Of a DNA stretch of 64,000 nt, positions 48,650 to 58,848 are shown one piece after another. The stretch's first letter is position 1, and each line of letters opens with the position of its first letter. The DNA is taken from contig JAKSJM010000006.1 in the NCBI GenBank assembly GCA_024398075.1, forward strand, positions 1,607 to 65,606, written 5' to 3'. The position numbers and the translations under genes were made by a program. The stretch is from Bacteroidales bacterium (lineage in GTDB: Bacteria > Bacteroidota > Bacteroidia > Bacteroidales > UBA932). The notes under the pieces are model-generated. The model was not told the DNA's origin. It did no database searches and saw nothing but the letters and a program-made list of their open reading frames with translations.

Positions 48650-48689
48650 CAAATGTAATAAAAAAATTGGACAAAGTTCACTATTTTTG
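48650..48689. promoter_or_regulatory. Divergent -7 boxes for the dNK operon (TACATTTG, minus, 48657-48650) and the MBL-uvrA operon (TATTTTTG, plus, 48682-48689)
   Basis: Two exact TAnnTTTG matches back-to-back in a short intergenic region. Confidence 0.6.
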
Positions 48690-48716
48690 TATTTGTGAAT
48701 TGAAACTATACAGACT

Positions 48717-49427
48717 ATGCTCAACATATACACACTGCATTTCAACCTCTTCATGGAGAACACCTACATCGCTTGGGACGAGGACACAAAGAAAGCCATA
48801 ATCGTAGATCCAGGATGTAGCGACGAAGACGAAAGACAGAAGCTGTTCAGCTTCATAGAGGGCCATGGAATAATCCCAGAGGCCATTTTTCTCACCCATG
48901 GCCACATGGACCATATCATGGGAGTGAAGGACTGCAAGGAGCGATATGGCATACCAGCTTACCTTTCAGAAGCTGACCGCGAGGTCCTCAGGGAGCATGC
49001 GCGCCAGGGCGCGAAACTCGGACTGAGCCCCGAAGCGGGCGAGTTCGAGTCCAGCCCGCTCGAGGATGGACAGGTGCTGAGCTACGCAGGCACAGAGTGG
49101 AAGGTCATCACTACACCTGGCCATTCGCCTGGCGGCGTGTGCTTTTATAGCAGCGATGCGAAGGTCATCTTCACGGGCGACTCCCTTTTCAAGGGAACCA
49201 TTGGCAGGACCGACCTGTTTGGTGGCGACTACGACAAGCTCATTGTCTCCGTGATGGAGAAAGTCATGGGGCTCGATGGCGACACAGCAGTGTACCCAGG
49301 CCACGCAGAAGGCACCAGCATCAGCGACGAGCGCACACACAATCCTTTCCTCGAGCCATTCAACGAGCCCGAGCAGGAAGGCATCGACTGGGATGCCGAA
49401 GGCATAGAACTTGACGGACAGGTGTAA
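48717..49427 (+). CDS. MBL-fold metallo-hydrolase (glyoxalase II/YcbL-like)
   Basis: NTY, VDPG, THGHMDH, TPGHSPG, FTGD.LF...GRTD, YPGH, NPF. Confidence 0.93.
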   Translation: MLNIYTLHFNLFMENTYIAWDEDTKKAIIVDPGCSDEDERQKLFSFIEGHGIIPEAIFLTHGHMDHIMGVKDCKERYGIPAYLSEADREVLREHARQGAKLGLSPEAGEFESSPLEDGQVLSYAGTEWKVITTPGHSPGGVCFYSSDAKVIFTGDSLFKGTIGRTDLFGGDYDKLIVSVMEKVMGLDGDTAVYPGHAEGTSISDERTHNPFLEPFNEPEQEGIDWDAEGIELDGQV

Positions 49428-49463
49428 ATTTCCTATATTTACGGATTATTTGTACGAAGTCAG

Positions 49464-52235
49464 ATGGCAAAAGAGAAATATACCGACTACATAGAGATCA
49501 AGGGCGCCAAGGCGCACAATCTCAAGGGAGTGGATGTCGACATTCCACGAGGCAAGTTCGTTGTCATCACAGGACTCAGCGGTAGCGGAAAGTCATCATT
49601 GGCTTTTGACACCATATACGCCGAGGGGCAGAGGCGCTACATGAACACACTCTCCCCTTACGCAAAGCATTTCATGGGCATCCTGGAAAAGCCAGAAGTC
49701 GAGGACATCACCGGACTGAGCCCTATCATTGCCATTGAACAGAAAACCACCGGATCGAACCCTCGCTCCACCGTGGGCACCATAACGGAAATATTTGACT
49801 TTCTGCGACTTCTGTTCGCCAAGGCGTCGCGCGCATACTCCCCTGTCACTGGCAAGGAAATGGTTCGCTACAGCGACGAGCAGATAGTGGACCTCATCAT
49901 GAGCGAGTACGAGGGACGCAAGTGCATGCTCCTCTCCCCTCTCGTTCGAGGCAGAAAGGGACACTATCGCGAACTGTTCGACCAGATGCGCAAGAAAGGC
50001 TACAGCCAGATACGCATCGACGGCGAGATAATGAACCTGAACGACGTGGAGTCGGTGGACCGCTACAAAGGCCATTTCATCGAGCTGGTCGTCGACAAGC
50101 TCAAGCCTGGCGCCGGCGACGAGAAGCGCATACGCGACTCTGTCATGAGAGCATTGTCACTGGGCAAGGGAGCCGTAGCCGTGCTTGACCCCGCCGATGA
50201 CTCGCTGCGCCATTACTCGAAACACCTCGTGGACCCAGAGAGTGGCATTTCCCTGCAGGAGCCTGCGCCGCACTCATTCTCATTCAACTCCCCAGAAGGC
50301 TACTGTCCTCACTGCAAGGGACTTGGAATGATCGTGGACGTAAATCTCGACACCATTATCCCCGACAAATCCCTCTCCATCGCTGAAGGAGGTATCACCC
50401 CTCTCGGAAAGATAAGGGAGACGAAGAAGTTTGAGGTGATAAGGGCGATAGCCAGAAAATACGGATTCTCCACATACGACCCCATCGCAGCCATACCGAA
50501 TGAGGCTGTGTCACTGATCGTCTACGGTTCCGACGAGCTCTTCCGCATCGGCGAGGGCGCCCAGAGCGAGATGGTCACCTTCCCGGGCATCGTGGAGGAC
50601 ATCGACGAGAAGATAGAGTGCCCAGTGTGTCACGGCACTCGCCTGAATGAGAATACAAACTGCTTCCGCATCGACGGAAAGACCATAACCGACGTCGCCA
50701 GCATGGAGATGACCGAGCTGCGCGAATGGCTGAAAAATGTGCCCGAGAAGCTCTCCGCAAGGGAAAATGCCATCGCAAGAGACATTCTGAAGGAGCTCAA
50801 TGACAGAGTGCAGTTCCTGCTGGATGTGGGCCTGGACTACCTGAACCTGAACCGTCCGACCGCATCGCTTTCGGGCGGAGAGAGTCAGCGCATCAGGCTT
50901 GCCACACAGATAGGCTCGAAACTGGTCAATGTCCTTTACATCCTTGATGAGCCATCAATCGGACTGCACCAGAGGGACAACAGAAAGCTCATAAACTCGC
51001 TGAAAAAGCTCCGCGATGAGGGCAATTCAGTGATAGTGGTGGAGCACGACCTCGAGACCATGCTCTCGTCAGACTGGCTCGTGGATGTAGGCCCTGGTGC
51101 CGGAGCGAATGGAGGTAGGATCTGTTACAATGGTCCCGTGGACAAGGTAAACACCGTCCCTGCCGATAAGGCATCCATGACGCTGGACTACCTCTGCGAG
51201 AGAAACGCCATTGAGGTACCTTCTTTCCGTAGGCCAGGAAGTGGTCTGAGCATAGGCATCAGAGGAGCTAGCGGAAACAACTTGAAAAATGTCGACGTAG
51301 ACTTCCCACTTGGCTGTCTCATAGGCATTTCCGGAGTATCAGGAAGTGGCAAGTCGTCGCTCATAAACGAGACCCTGATGCCTATCCTGAAAAACAAGTT
51401 CTTCCATGCCAAGCTCCGTCCTCTTCCATACAAGGAAGTGGTAGGGCTGAAGAACATCGACAAGATCATTGAGATCGACCAGGACGCGATAGGCCGTACG
51501 CCGCGCTCGAATCCAGCGACCTTCACAGGCGTGTTCAACGACATTCGCTCCCTCTTCGAGGACACCCCAGATGCGAAGGTGCGCGGCTTCAAGGCCGGCA
51601 GGTTCTCGTTCAATGTAGCAGGTGGACGCTGCGAGGAGTGCAAGGGAGCTGGCATCAAGGTCATCGAGATGAACTTCCTCCCTTCGGTCAATGTCACCTG
51701 CGACGAGTGCCGAGGCAAGAGATACAAGGAAGACACATTGGCCGTAAAGTACAAAGGAAAGAGCATCAGCGATGTGCTCGAGATGCCTATCAGCGAAGCC
51801 TACGAGTTCTTCAAGAGCATCCCTAAGATATCCCAGAAGCTCAAGGCGCTGGTGGATGTAGGACTCGGATACGTGCATCTAGGACAGTCTGCAGTCACGC
51901 TCTCTGGAGGTGAGAGCCAGAGAATGAAACTTGCCGCAGAGCTTTTCAAGAAGGCCACAGGAAACACTCTCTACCTACTCGACGAGCCGACTACAGGACT
52001 GCATTTCGAGGATATCAAGATACTGCTTGGAGTACTCCAGCAGCTTGTCGACCAGGGAAACACAGTCATAGTCATCGAGCACAACCTTGATGTCCTGAAA
52101 ACAGTGGACTACCTCATCGACCTCGGTCCTGAAGGAGGAGCAAAGGGTGGTAGAATCATAGCCACAGGCACCCCGGAGCAGATAGCCGAGAATCCAGCGT
52201 CCGTGACCGGAAAATATTTAAAGGAAATACTTTAG
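49464..52235 (+). CDS. uvrA: Excinuclease ABC subunit A
   Basis: GLSGSGKSSLAFDTIYAEGQRRY, NPRSTVGT, two LSGGESQR signatures, GVSGSGKSSL, Zn fingers. Confidence 0.99.
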   Translation: MAKEKYTDYIEIKGAKAHNLKGVDVDIPRGKFVVITGLSGSGKSSLAFDTIYAEGQRRYMNTLSPYAKHFMGILEKPEVEDITGLSPIIAIEQKTTGSNPRSTVGTITEIFDFLRLLFAKASRAYSPVTGKEMVRYSDEQIVDLIMSEYEGRKCMLLSPLVRGRKGHYRELFDQMRKKGYSQIRIDGEIMNLNDVESVDRYKGHFIELVVDKLKPGAGDEKRIRDSVMRALSLGKGAVAVLDPADDSLRHYSKHLVDPESGISLQEPAPHSFSFNSPEGYCPHCKGLGMIVDVNLDTIIPDKSLSIAEGGITPLGKIRETKKFEVIRAIARKYGFSTYDPIAAIPNEAVSLIVYGSDELFRIGEGAQSEMVTFPGIVEDIDEKIECPVCHGTRLNENTNCFRIDGKTITDVASMEMTELREWLKNVPEKLSARENAIARDILKELNDRVQFLLDVGLDYLNLNRPTASLSGGESQRIRLATQIGSKLVNVLYILDEPSIGLHQRDNRKLINSLKKLRDEGNSVIVVEHDLETMLSSDWLVDVGPGAGANGGRICYNGPVDKVNTVPADKASMTLDYLCERNAIEVPSFRRPGSGLSIGIRGASGNNLKNVDVDFPLGCLIGISGVSGSGKSSLINETLMPILKNKFFHAKLRPLPYKEVVGLKNIDKIIEIDQDAIGRTPRSNPATFTGVFNDIRSLFEDTPDAKVRGFKAGRFSFNVAGGRCEECKGAGIKVIEMNFLPSVNVTCDECRGKRYKEDTLAVKYKGKSISDVLEMPISEAYEFFKSIPKISQKLKALVDVGLGYVHLGQSAVTLSGGESQRMKLAAELFKKATGNTLYLLDEPTTGLHFEDIKILLGVLQQLVDQGNTVIVIEHNLDVLKTVDYLIDLGPEGGAKGGRIIATGTPEQIAENPASVTGKYLKEIL

Positions 52236-52240
52236 CTATT

Positions 52241-53236
52241 ATGACAAAGATAGAATCAGCAAGAGAAGAATACAAGGACTGGTGCGAAGCCATTGGCATC
52301 AAGTCACTTGCCGATGTGAAGGCCATACTCGAAGATGGCAAGGGAATAGACCTGGTGAACCTCTGCGAGGCGCGCCAGGAAAGAAAATACGCAGAGATCG
52401 CCAACGAGATATACTTGAGACGAAGCCAGTCACGCATCGTCATGATGTCCGGTCCGTCTTCAAGTGGCAAGACATCATCGTCACTTCGCATCGCGCAGCA
52501 GTGTAGGGTACTTGGACTCAAGCCACTCGTCATCGAGCTGGACAACTACTTCGTTGACAGGGAGTTGACACCTAAGGACGAGAATGGAGAGTACGACTTC
52601 GAGTGTCTCGGAGCGATGGACGTCAAACTCTTGAACGACCAGCTTAACGACCTCATCGCGGGCAAGGAAGTAGTCATCCCAAGATACGACTTCAAGCAGG
52701 GAAAGAAAGTCATGGACGAAAAGAACAAGATGGTGCTCCACGACAACGAAATCCTCCTCATGGAGGGCATCCACGCCCTGAATCCAGACCTCACTCCAGC
52801 TGTAGACCAGTCAAAGCTCTTCCGCATCTACATCTCAGCACTTTCGGCTCTCCCTGGAGGAGAAAAGGTACATAACTCCACCACAGACAAGCGCCTTCTT
52901 CGCCGTATGGTAAGGGACAACCGCACCAGAGGCGTATCCCCTGAAGGCACCATCCTGCGCTGGCCTTCAGTGCGCCGCGGCGAGACGAAGTACATCTTCC
53001 CTTACGAGGAGAATGCCGACGTAGTGTTCAACTCATCCACGCTGTATGACCTTCCACTGCTGAAATATTACGCAGAGCCATTGCTCTACGAAATCAAGGA
53101 AGGCTCGCCTGCCTACGAGAAGGCTCAGGCGCTCATCAGCTTCCTTGAAAATGTGAAGGCACTCACTCCACAGGAGATCGCGAACGTGCCTCCTACATCC
53201 ATCATGAGAGAGTTCATCGGCGGTCAATCATTGTAG
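52241..53236 (+). CDS. Uridine kinase/phosphoribulokinase-family nucleoside kinase
   Basis: SGPSSSGKT, LDNYF, EGIHALNP, RLLRRMVRD..TRG, RWPSVRRGE..YIFP. Confidence 0.85.
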   Translation: MTKIESAREEYKDWCEAIGIKSLADVKAILEDGKGIDLVNLCEARQERKYAEIANEIYLRRSQSRIVMMSGPSSSGKTSSSLRIAQQCRVLGLKPLVIELDNYFVDRELTPKDENGEYDFECLGAMDVKLLNDQLNDLIAGKEVVIPRYDFKQGKKVMDEKNKMVLHDNEILLMEGIHALNPDLTPAVDQSKLFRIYISALSALPGGEKVHNSTTDKRLLRRMVRDNRTRGVSPEGTILRWPSVRRGETKYIFPYEENADVVFNSSTLYDLPLLKYYAEPLLYEIKEGSPAYEKAQALISFLENVKALTPQEIANVPPTSIMREFIGGQSL

Positions 53237-53242
53237 CAGAGT

Positions 53243-54094
53243 ATGTGGCTTTGGATGAGTCTGGGCTCGGCGCTTCTGCTGGGCATATACGACATAGCCA
53301 AGAAACAGGCGCTTAAGCGCAATGGTCCCTTGTGGGTGCTGCTCGGGGCGACTGCTCTCTCGGCCATATTCCTTTCACCTTGCCTCACAGCAGGGCAGCT
53401 GGACGACCACCTTCGCCTCATGCTGAAGGCAGTGTTCGTCACCACTTCATGGGTAAGCGGAATGATAGGCCTTAGGCTTCTTCCTATCACGACAGTAAGC
53501 ACCCTGAAGGCCTCCAGGCCGTTCTTCGTGGTGCTCTTCTCCATCATACTCTTCGGTGAAAGGCTGAACATGTGGCAGTGGGGAGGCGTCGCGCTCGCGC
53601 TCCTGGCCCTCACGCTCCTCAGTGGAGCATCCAGACAGGAGGGCATCTCGTTTCTGAAGAGCAAGGGCTTCTACGCCATGCTCATCTCTATCCTTTCTGG
53701 CGTGGTCAGCGCCCTCTACGACAAGATGATCATGAAGGGCATGGAACCACTCTTCGTACAGAGTTGGGCCAATGTCTACATAACCATACTGCTCGCCATC
53801 TGCATTGTCGTGAAAGCGATTCATGACGGTGGAGAAAGAGAGAAGTTCCACTGGGACTGGATGATAGTGCTCATCGCCATCTTCATCACCAGTGCAGACA
53901 TGCTATATTTCTTCGCACTGAAGCAGGAAGGCGCACTGCTTTCTGTCATCTCACTTCTTAGAAGATGTTCAGTGGTAGTCACATTCGTGCTTGGAGCGAT
54001 CATTTTCAAAGAAAAGAAAATCAAGGAGAAGGCTCTCGACCTCGCCATACTCATGGCTGGAATGGGGCTACTCCTCATAGGTTCGTCAGTTTAA
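53243..54094 (+). CDS. EamA/DMT-family transporter
   Basis: About 10 TM helices in two repeats ending LFGERL and IFKEKK. Confidence 0.9.
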   Translation: MWLWMSLGSALLLGIYDIAKKQALKRNGPLWVLLGATALSAIFLSPCLTAGQLDDHLRLMLKAVFVTTSWVSGMIGLRLLPITTVSTLKASRPFFVVLFSIILFGERLNMWQWGGVALALLALTLLSGASRQEGISFLKSKGFYAMLISILSGVVSALYDKMIMKGMEPLFVQSWANVYITILLAICIVVKAIHDGGEREKFHWDWMIVLIAIFITSADMLYFFALKQEGALLSVISLLRRCSVVVTFVLGAIIFKEKKIKEKALDLAILMAGMGLLLIGSSV

Positions 54095-54112
54095 ACCAAT
54101 TACATTAATAAC

Positions 54113-55285
54113 ATGAAGAGAATTCTTATCTCTGCAGCCGCAGCGCTAGTTCTCGCCGCTTCCTGCGCACCTACTTACAAGCAGGCCAAGTACTATGACG
54201 ACGCACATTTCGCCGTCTACCAGGATGTAATCGACCATCCTACCACCCCAAAGAAGGTGAACTACCAGTTCACAGAGGCATCTGACCTTAACCTCATCGG
54301 AAAGATCATGCCTGGCACACCAAACCCTTACCACCGCGTCGACACAGTGAAATATAAGGGCTTTACCACTGGAGAAAACAGACAGGTTCGTTGTCCTACA
54401 GGACTAGCTGTTCTGTTCAAGACTGACGCCACCACCATCAGCGTGACCACAAAGTTCGGCTGGGAGTACCAGAGTGTCGCTACCATGCCTATCGCATACA
54501 GAGGATATGACCTCTATATAAAGAATGCCAAGGGAGAGTGGCAGTGGGCAGCATCCGGAGCCGTAGCACATGGCAAGAGCTCAGATAACCTCGTACTCAT
54601 CAAGGACATGGCTACAGGTGAAAAGGAGTGCATGCTCTACATGCCAAACTACAGCGAAGTATATTCATGCAAGATAGGCATCGAGGAAGGAGCTCACATC
54701 CAGGCACTTGAGAGCCCATTCCGTCACCGCATCGTATTCCATGGTTCATCTTACACCCACGGAGTCAGCACCTCTCGTCCAGGCATGAGCTATCCTATGC
54801 AGTTCATGCGTCACACCGGCATGCAGGTCCTCTCACTTGGAGTCAGCGGTAACTGCAAGATGCAGCCTTACTTCGCCGCAGTGCTTGAGGATGTAGAGGC
54901 AGATGCATACGTATTTGACTCATTCTCAAATCCTGACTACAAGATGATTGCAGACCGTCTCGTACCATTCATCGACAGAATGATCGCCGCACATCCGGGA
55001 AAGCCTCTCATCTTCCAGCAGACCATCTATCGTGAGAATAGAAACTTCTCCCTCACTTACGACGTAAAGGAGCAGGCAAAGATGGATATGGCTTCCAGAA
55101 TCTTCAGCCAGATCCTCAAGGACCCTAAATACAAGGACGTCTATTTCATCCAGCCAAATGCAAGCGTGGCAAGCCATGAATCGATGGTGGATGGTGTACA
55201 TCCTGACGATTACGGTTATTTCCTCTGGAGCAAGAGCATCGAGAAACCTCTTCTCAAGATTTTCGCGAAGTACGGCATAAAATAG
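54113..55285 (+). CDS. SGNH/GDSL hydrolase with an N-terminal GxDLY domain (lipoprotein)
   Basis: Lipobox LAAS|C; RGYDLY; block I GSSYTHG; SLGVSGN; block V DGVHP. Confidence 0.85.
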   Translation: MKRILISAAAALVLAASCAPTYKQAKYYDDAHFAVYQDVIDHPTTPKKVNYQFTEASDLNLIGKIMPGTPNPYHRVDTVKYKGFTTGENRQVRCPTGLAVLFKTDATTISVTTKFGWEYQSVATMPIAYRGYDLYIKNAKGEWQWAASGAVAHGKSSDNLVLIKDMATGEKECMLYMPNYSEVYSCKIGIEEGAHIQALESPFRHRIVFHGSSYTHGVSTSRPGMSYPMQFMRHTGMQVLSLGVSGNCKMQPYFAAVLEDVEADAYVFDSFSNPDYKMIADRLVPFIDRMIAAHPGKPLIFQQTIYRENRNFSLTYDVKEQAKMDMASRIFSQILKDPKYKDVYFIQPNASVASHESMVDGVHPDDYGYFLWSKSIEKPLLKIFAKYGIK

Positions 55286-55294
55286 TCTATTGTC

Positions 55295-56383
55295 ATGAGA
55301 AAGATCATCAGCATCATTTGCGCGCTATCTGTCACTACGGCAGCAGTCGCGCAGAGCGCTCAGTACGTCTTCACAGAGGCGTCTGAGCTTACACTCACAG
55401 GTAAGCTTTTCTACGACACGCCGAACCCATATCATCGCGTGGATACAGTCAAATATAAGGGATTTACCGCAGGAGAGAACCTTCAGGTGAGGGAGTCATC
55501 AGGCATAGCGTGCGCGTTCCGTACAAACTCATCTGCCATCAGCGTGAAGACGGTCTACGGCACACCCACATTCCCGACAAACACCAACGGCTTCAGCGCA
55601 CGCGGCTATGACCTTTACATCAAGAATGCCAAGGGTGAGTGGCAGTATGCCATCTCAGGAGTGCCAAGCGACAAGGCTCTCGAGAAGAATCTCGTACTCA
55701 TCACAAACATGCCAGAGGGCACTCACGAGTGCCTGCTATACCTTCCTCTCTACAGTGAGGTAAACTCTGTGAAGATCGGTGTCCTGGAAGGTTCTACTCT
55801 TGAGGCGATGGAAAACCCATTCCGCCATCGTGTAGCTATCTTCGGATCGTCATACACACATGGATCAAGCACATCTCGCGCAGGAATGACATATCCTGCA
55901 CAGTTCTCAAGGAACACTGGCATTCAGCTTCTGTCCCTTGGATGCAGCGGAAACTGCAAGCTTCAGGACTACTTCTGTACAGCCCTCTGTGGTGTAAAGG
56001 ATGTAGACGCATTCATCTTCGACTCCTTCTCAAACCCTAATCCAAAGGAAATGAAGGAGCGTCTCTTCCCTTTCATTGAGAAGCTTCAGGCTGCTCACCC
56101 AGGAGTGCCACTCATCTTCCAGCGCACCATTTATCGCGAGAACCGCGAGTTCTCGCTCTCTAAGAACAAGGGAGAGGCCGACAAGATGGCCACAGCAGAC
56201 AGTCTAATGGCCATCGCAGTGAAGAAGTACAAGGACGTATATTACATCTACCCAAATGCTTCTGCACCAGACCACAATGCCACTGTAGACGGAGTCCATC
56301 CTTCAAACTATGGTTATACTCTCTGGGCAAAATCCATTGAGAAGCCTGTTCTTCGTATCTTGAAGAAATACGGCATCAAATAG
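55295..56383 (+). CDS. SGNH/GDSL hydrolase with a GxDLY domain (soluble, SPI signal), tandem paralog
   Basis: Signal peptide ..TAAVA|Q; RGYDLY; GSSYTHG; SLGCSGN; DGVHP; shares TPNPYHRVDTVKYKGFT with the upstream gene. Confidence 0.85.
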   Translation: MRKIISIICALSVTTAAVAQSAQYVFTEASELTLTGKLFYDTPNPYHRVDTVKYKGFTAGENLQVRESSGIACAFRTNSSAISVKTVYGTPTFPTNTNGFSARGYDLYIKNAKGEWQYAISGVPSDKALEKNLVLITNMPEGTHECLLYLPLYSEVNSVKIGVLEGSTLEAMENPFRHRVAIFGSSYTHGSSTSRAGMTYPAQFSRNTGIQLLSLGCSGNCKLQDYFCTALCGVKDVDAFIFDSFSNPNPKEMKERLFPFIEKLQAAHPGVPLIFQRTIYRENREFSLSKNKGEADKMATADSLMAIAVKKYKDVYYIYPNASAPDHNATVDGVHPSNYGYTLWAKSIEKPVLRILKKYGIK

Positions 56384-56397
56384 AAATACACATAGAT

Positions 56398-56440
56398 AAA
56401 AAGAATGATGGCAGCCTCTTTCGAGACTGCCATCATTTTT
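56398..56440. terminator. Bidirectional terminator between the SGNH pair and wzc
   Basis: AATGATGGCAGCCTC-TTTC-GAGACTGCCATCATT flanked by A-rich and T-rich tracts. Confidence 0.85.
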
Positions 56441-56454
56441 ATCTGCGACAAGGG

Positions 56455-58845
56455 CTAAGCCTTGCTCGTGCCATAATAATTATGGTAACCACGTCCATAA
56501 CCGTAGTAGTGACCATTGCCATAAATATGGGAATCAGAAACACCATTAAGGACAATGGACATGTTCTTAAGCTTCTTTTCCTCGTAAAGGGCAAGTACAT
56601 CTGGAAGATGTCTGCGATCGAGGTTTCCTGCACGAACGACGAAGAGAGTCAGGTCTGCGACACGGTTGACGATAAGGGCATCTGCCACTACATTTACAGG
56701 AACGCTGTCGATGATCACATAGTCATATCTCTTCTTCAACTCCTCAATCAACTTCTCGAGAGACTCTGACATAAGTATCTCTGAAGGATTAGGAGCCATG
56801 TGTCCTGCTGGGATAAGGTCTAGATTTTCGCTCTGTGAAGTATGTACGATGACATCGTCAAGCTTGTTTACGAAATCGCAGAGATAATCGGTCACACCTA
56901 CCTTGAAGTGACCAAATGTGGATGAAAGACTTGCTCTACGGATGTCAAGATCCACCATCACAACCTTCTTTCCTGTCAATGCCAGGCTAAGTCCGAAGTT
57001 TGCAGAGAGGAAAGTCTTTCCTGAACCAGGAAGAGTCGATGTGAACATCAAAACCCTTGAATCGCCATGGGTAGCCTTGAGGTAATGAATGTTCGTGCGC
57101 ATGATGCGAATGTTTTCAGAAACAGGGTCCTTGGCTTCCTTGGAAACGACCACCTGATCGCTTCCCCTGAGACTTTTCTTCAGCTTATTCTTGATGCTGG
57201 TACCCTCTACCTGAGGTATCTCTCCCACAAGCGGAATCTCGCTAAGGCACTTAAGGTCCTTGCGACTTCTAACCTTGTTATCTGATACCACAAGCAGATA
57301 TATGATAGCCGAAGGTATAAGCAAGCCCATAATCAGCGCGAGAAGAGCTATCTTTGACTTCTTAGGTGCAATAGGAAGGTCACTTCCCATGGCAGGATCA
57401 AGGAGACGCGCATTTGACTCGGTGATATTCTTTGCGAGGGCATTCTCCTGGCGCTTGTTAAGCAAGTAGAGATAGAGCTGCTCCTTGATGGTCTGCTGAC
57501 GCTCTACGCTGGTCACTGTCTTCTGCTGTGTAGGAACTGCTATCAGTCGGCCTCTGTTTGCGCTAGCCATCTTGCTTATGTTTGCAATCTCGATATCCAC
57601 ACTCTGGATGAGATTCGAGATAGAAGCCACGATACGCTGACGAAGCTGGTCGATGGAGTTTGTGAGATCCTGAACCTGAGGGTTGTTCTCACCTGCATCA
57701 AGCTTGAGTTTCTCCCTCTGGAGAGCTTCAGCATTGTACTCGGAAATGAGAGCCTCCACTGCGGCATTCTTCACTCCAGCATTGTTCGGAATGACGTCAT
57801 ACTTGTCTTCGCCCTGGCTGCGCTGGATGTACTCGAGTATGTACTGAGCAACCGCCTTCTGGTTCTGAAGATCTATCTGAAGCTGCTCCATGGCACTCGT
57901 GGTGCTACGGAACGCAGATGCATCTGCCTTGATATCGGTAAGCTGGTTTGAAGCCTTGTAGTTTGCAATGACCATGTCGACATCATTGAGGTCTCCCTCG
58001 AGAAGGAAAAGCTGCTCGTCAAGGAACGCCTCAGTCTTGTCAGCCACGCGGTTCTTGTCGGCAATGGCATCTTCATTATACACCTCAACGAGAGTATTCA
58101 GCACATCCTCTGCTCTCTTCGCCGAGTTATCATTAAGGGTCAACTGTATAATGGAAGAGAGCTTTGACGCTGCAGCAGAAACGAGTTTATTGCTGTAAGC
58201 GATACCAAGCTTCTGCATGTTTCTCTTGGTGACCTTGATGACCACATTCTGAAGGTCTTCCTGGGACACTCCAAGATTCTCTACCACCACTACCCTGCCG
58301 ATAGGAGTATTTACAGTGTCACCCACATGGGCTGTCACCTCTCTCTCCACACGCTCCTTGGCGAACTCGAAGTTGCTGAGCTTCACCACTCCACCAGCCA
58401 TAGGGGTCATGTCCAATGAGAAAGATGAGTTCTCCTCTGAATCAGGGAATGAGAGTGTGACTGGAGTAGACTTGTAAAGAGGCCTTGATGTGAAATGATC
58501 CTTTTTAGTATAGTCGACATCAAGCTTAAGGCGTCTAACGACCTCGGTCATAAGCCTCTTTGACTTGAAGACGAGTATCTCATTGTCGACACTGTTATAC
58601 GCGGATGAAATGCCCAACTCCTTGAAAGCAGCCATCTCGCTCGCCATCTGGCTTGTACCCTGACGGCTCTTGATGAGGACTGTAGCCTGACGCTGGTATA
58701 CACGCTGCGAACTCTTGATGTAGAAGAATGCTGCAGCTATACAGATGACTACAGAAAGAACATACCACTTCCAGTTCCTAAGGACAAGTGAGATAATATC
58801 CGATGTGGACAGCTGGGTGTCCTGACTTGCATTGTTTTCAATCAT
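56455..58845 (-). CDS. wzc: Polysaccharide co-polymerase/tyrosine autokinase (Wzc/GumC)
   Basis: Two TMs around a coiled periplasmic domain; Walker A TSTLPGSGKT, DLDIR, NPSEIL, YVIIDS; C-terminal Tyr cluster YGNGHYYGYGRGYHNYY. Confidence 0.93.
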   Translation of the reverse strand: MIENNASQDTQLSTSDIISLVLRNWKWYVLSVVICIAAAFFYIKSSQRVYQRQATVLIKSRQGTSQMASEMAAFKELGISSAYNSVDNEILVFKSKRLMTEVVRRLKLDVDYTKKDHFTSRPLYKSTPVTLSFPDSEENSSFSLDMTPMAGGVVKLSNFEFAKERVEREVTAHVGDTVNTPIGRVVVVENLGVSQEDLQNVVIKVTKRNMQKLGIAYSNKLVSAAASKLSSIIQLTLNDNSAKRAEDVLNTLVEVYNEDAIADKNRVADKTEAFLDEQLFLLEGDLNDVDMVIANYKASNQLTDIKADASAFRSTTSAMEQLQIDLQNQKAVAQYILEYIQRSQGEDKYDVIPNNAGVKNAAVEALISEYNAEALQREKLKLDAGENNPQVQDLTNSIDQLRQRIVASISNLIQSVDIEIANISKMASANRGRLIAVPTQQKTVTSVERQQTIKEQLYLYLLNKRQENALAKNITESNARLLDPAMGSDLPIAPKKSKIALLALIMGLLIPSAIIYLLVVSDNKVRSRKDLKCLSEIPLVGEIPQVEGTSIKNKLKKSLRGSDQVVVSKEAKDPVSENIRIMRTNIHYLKATHGDSRVLMFTSTLPGSGKTFLSANFGLSLALTGKKVVMVDLDIRRASLSSTFGHFKVGVTDYLCDFVNKLDDVIVHTSQSENLDLIPAGHMAPNPSEILMSESLEKLIEELKKRYDYVIIDSVPVNVVADALIVNRVADLTLFVVRAGNLDRRHLPDVLALYEEKKLKNMSIVLNGVSDSHIYGNGHYYGYGRGYHNYYGTSKA

Positions 58846-58848
58846 AAA

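Noticed and set aside
48645-48700. 10-bp inverted repeat ATTCACAAAT/ATTTGTGAAT as an invertible promoter
   Set aside because: Largely explained by back-to-back TTTG-containing promoter elements; the spacer is very short and no recombinase is nearby.
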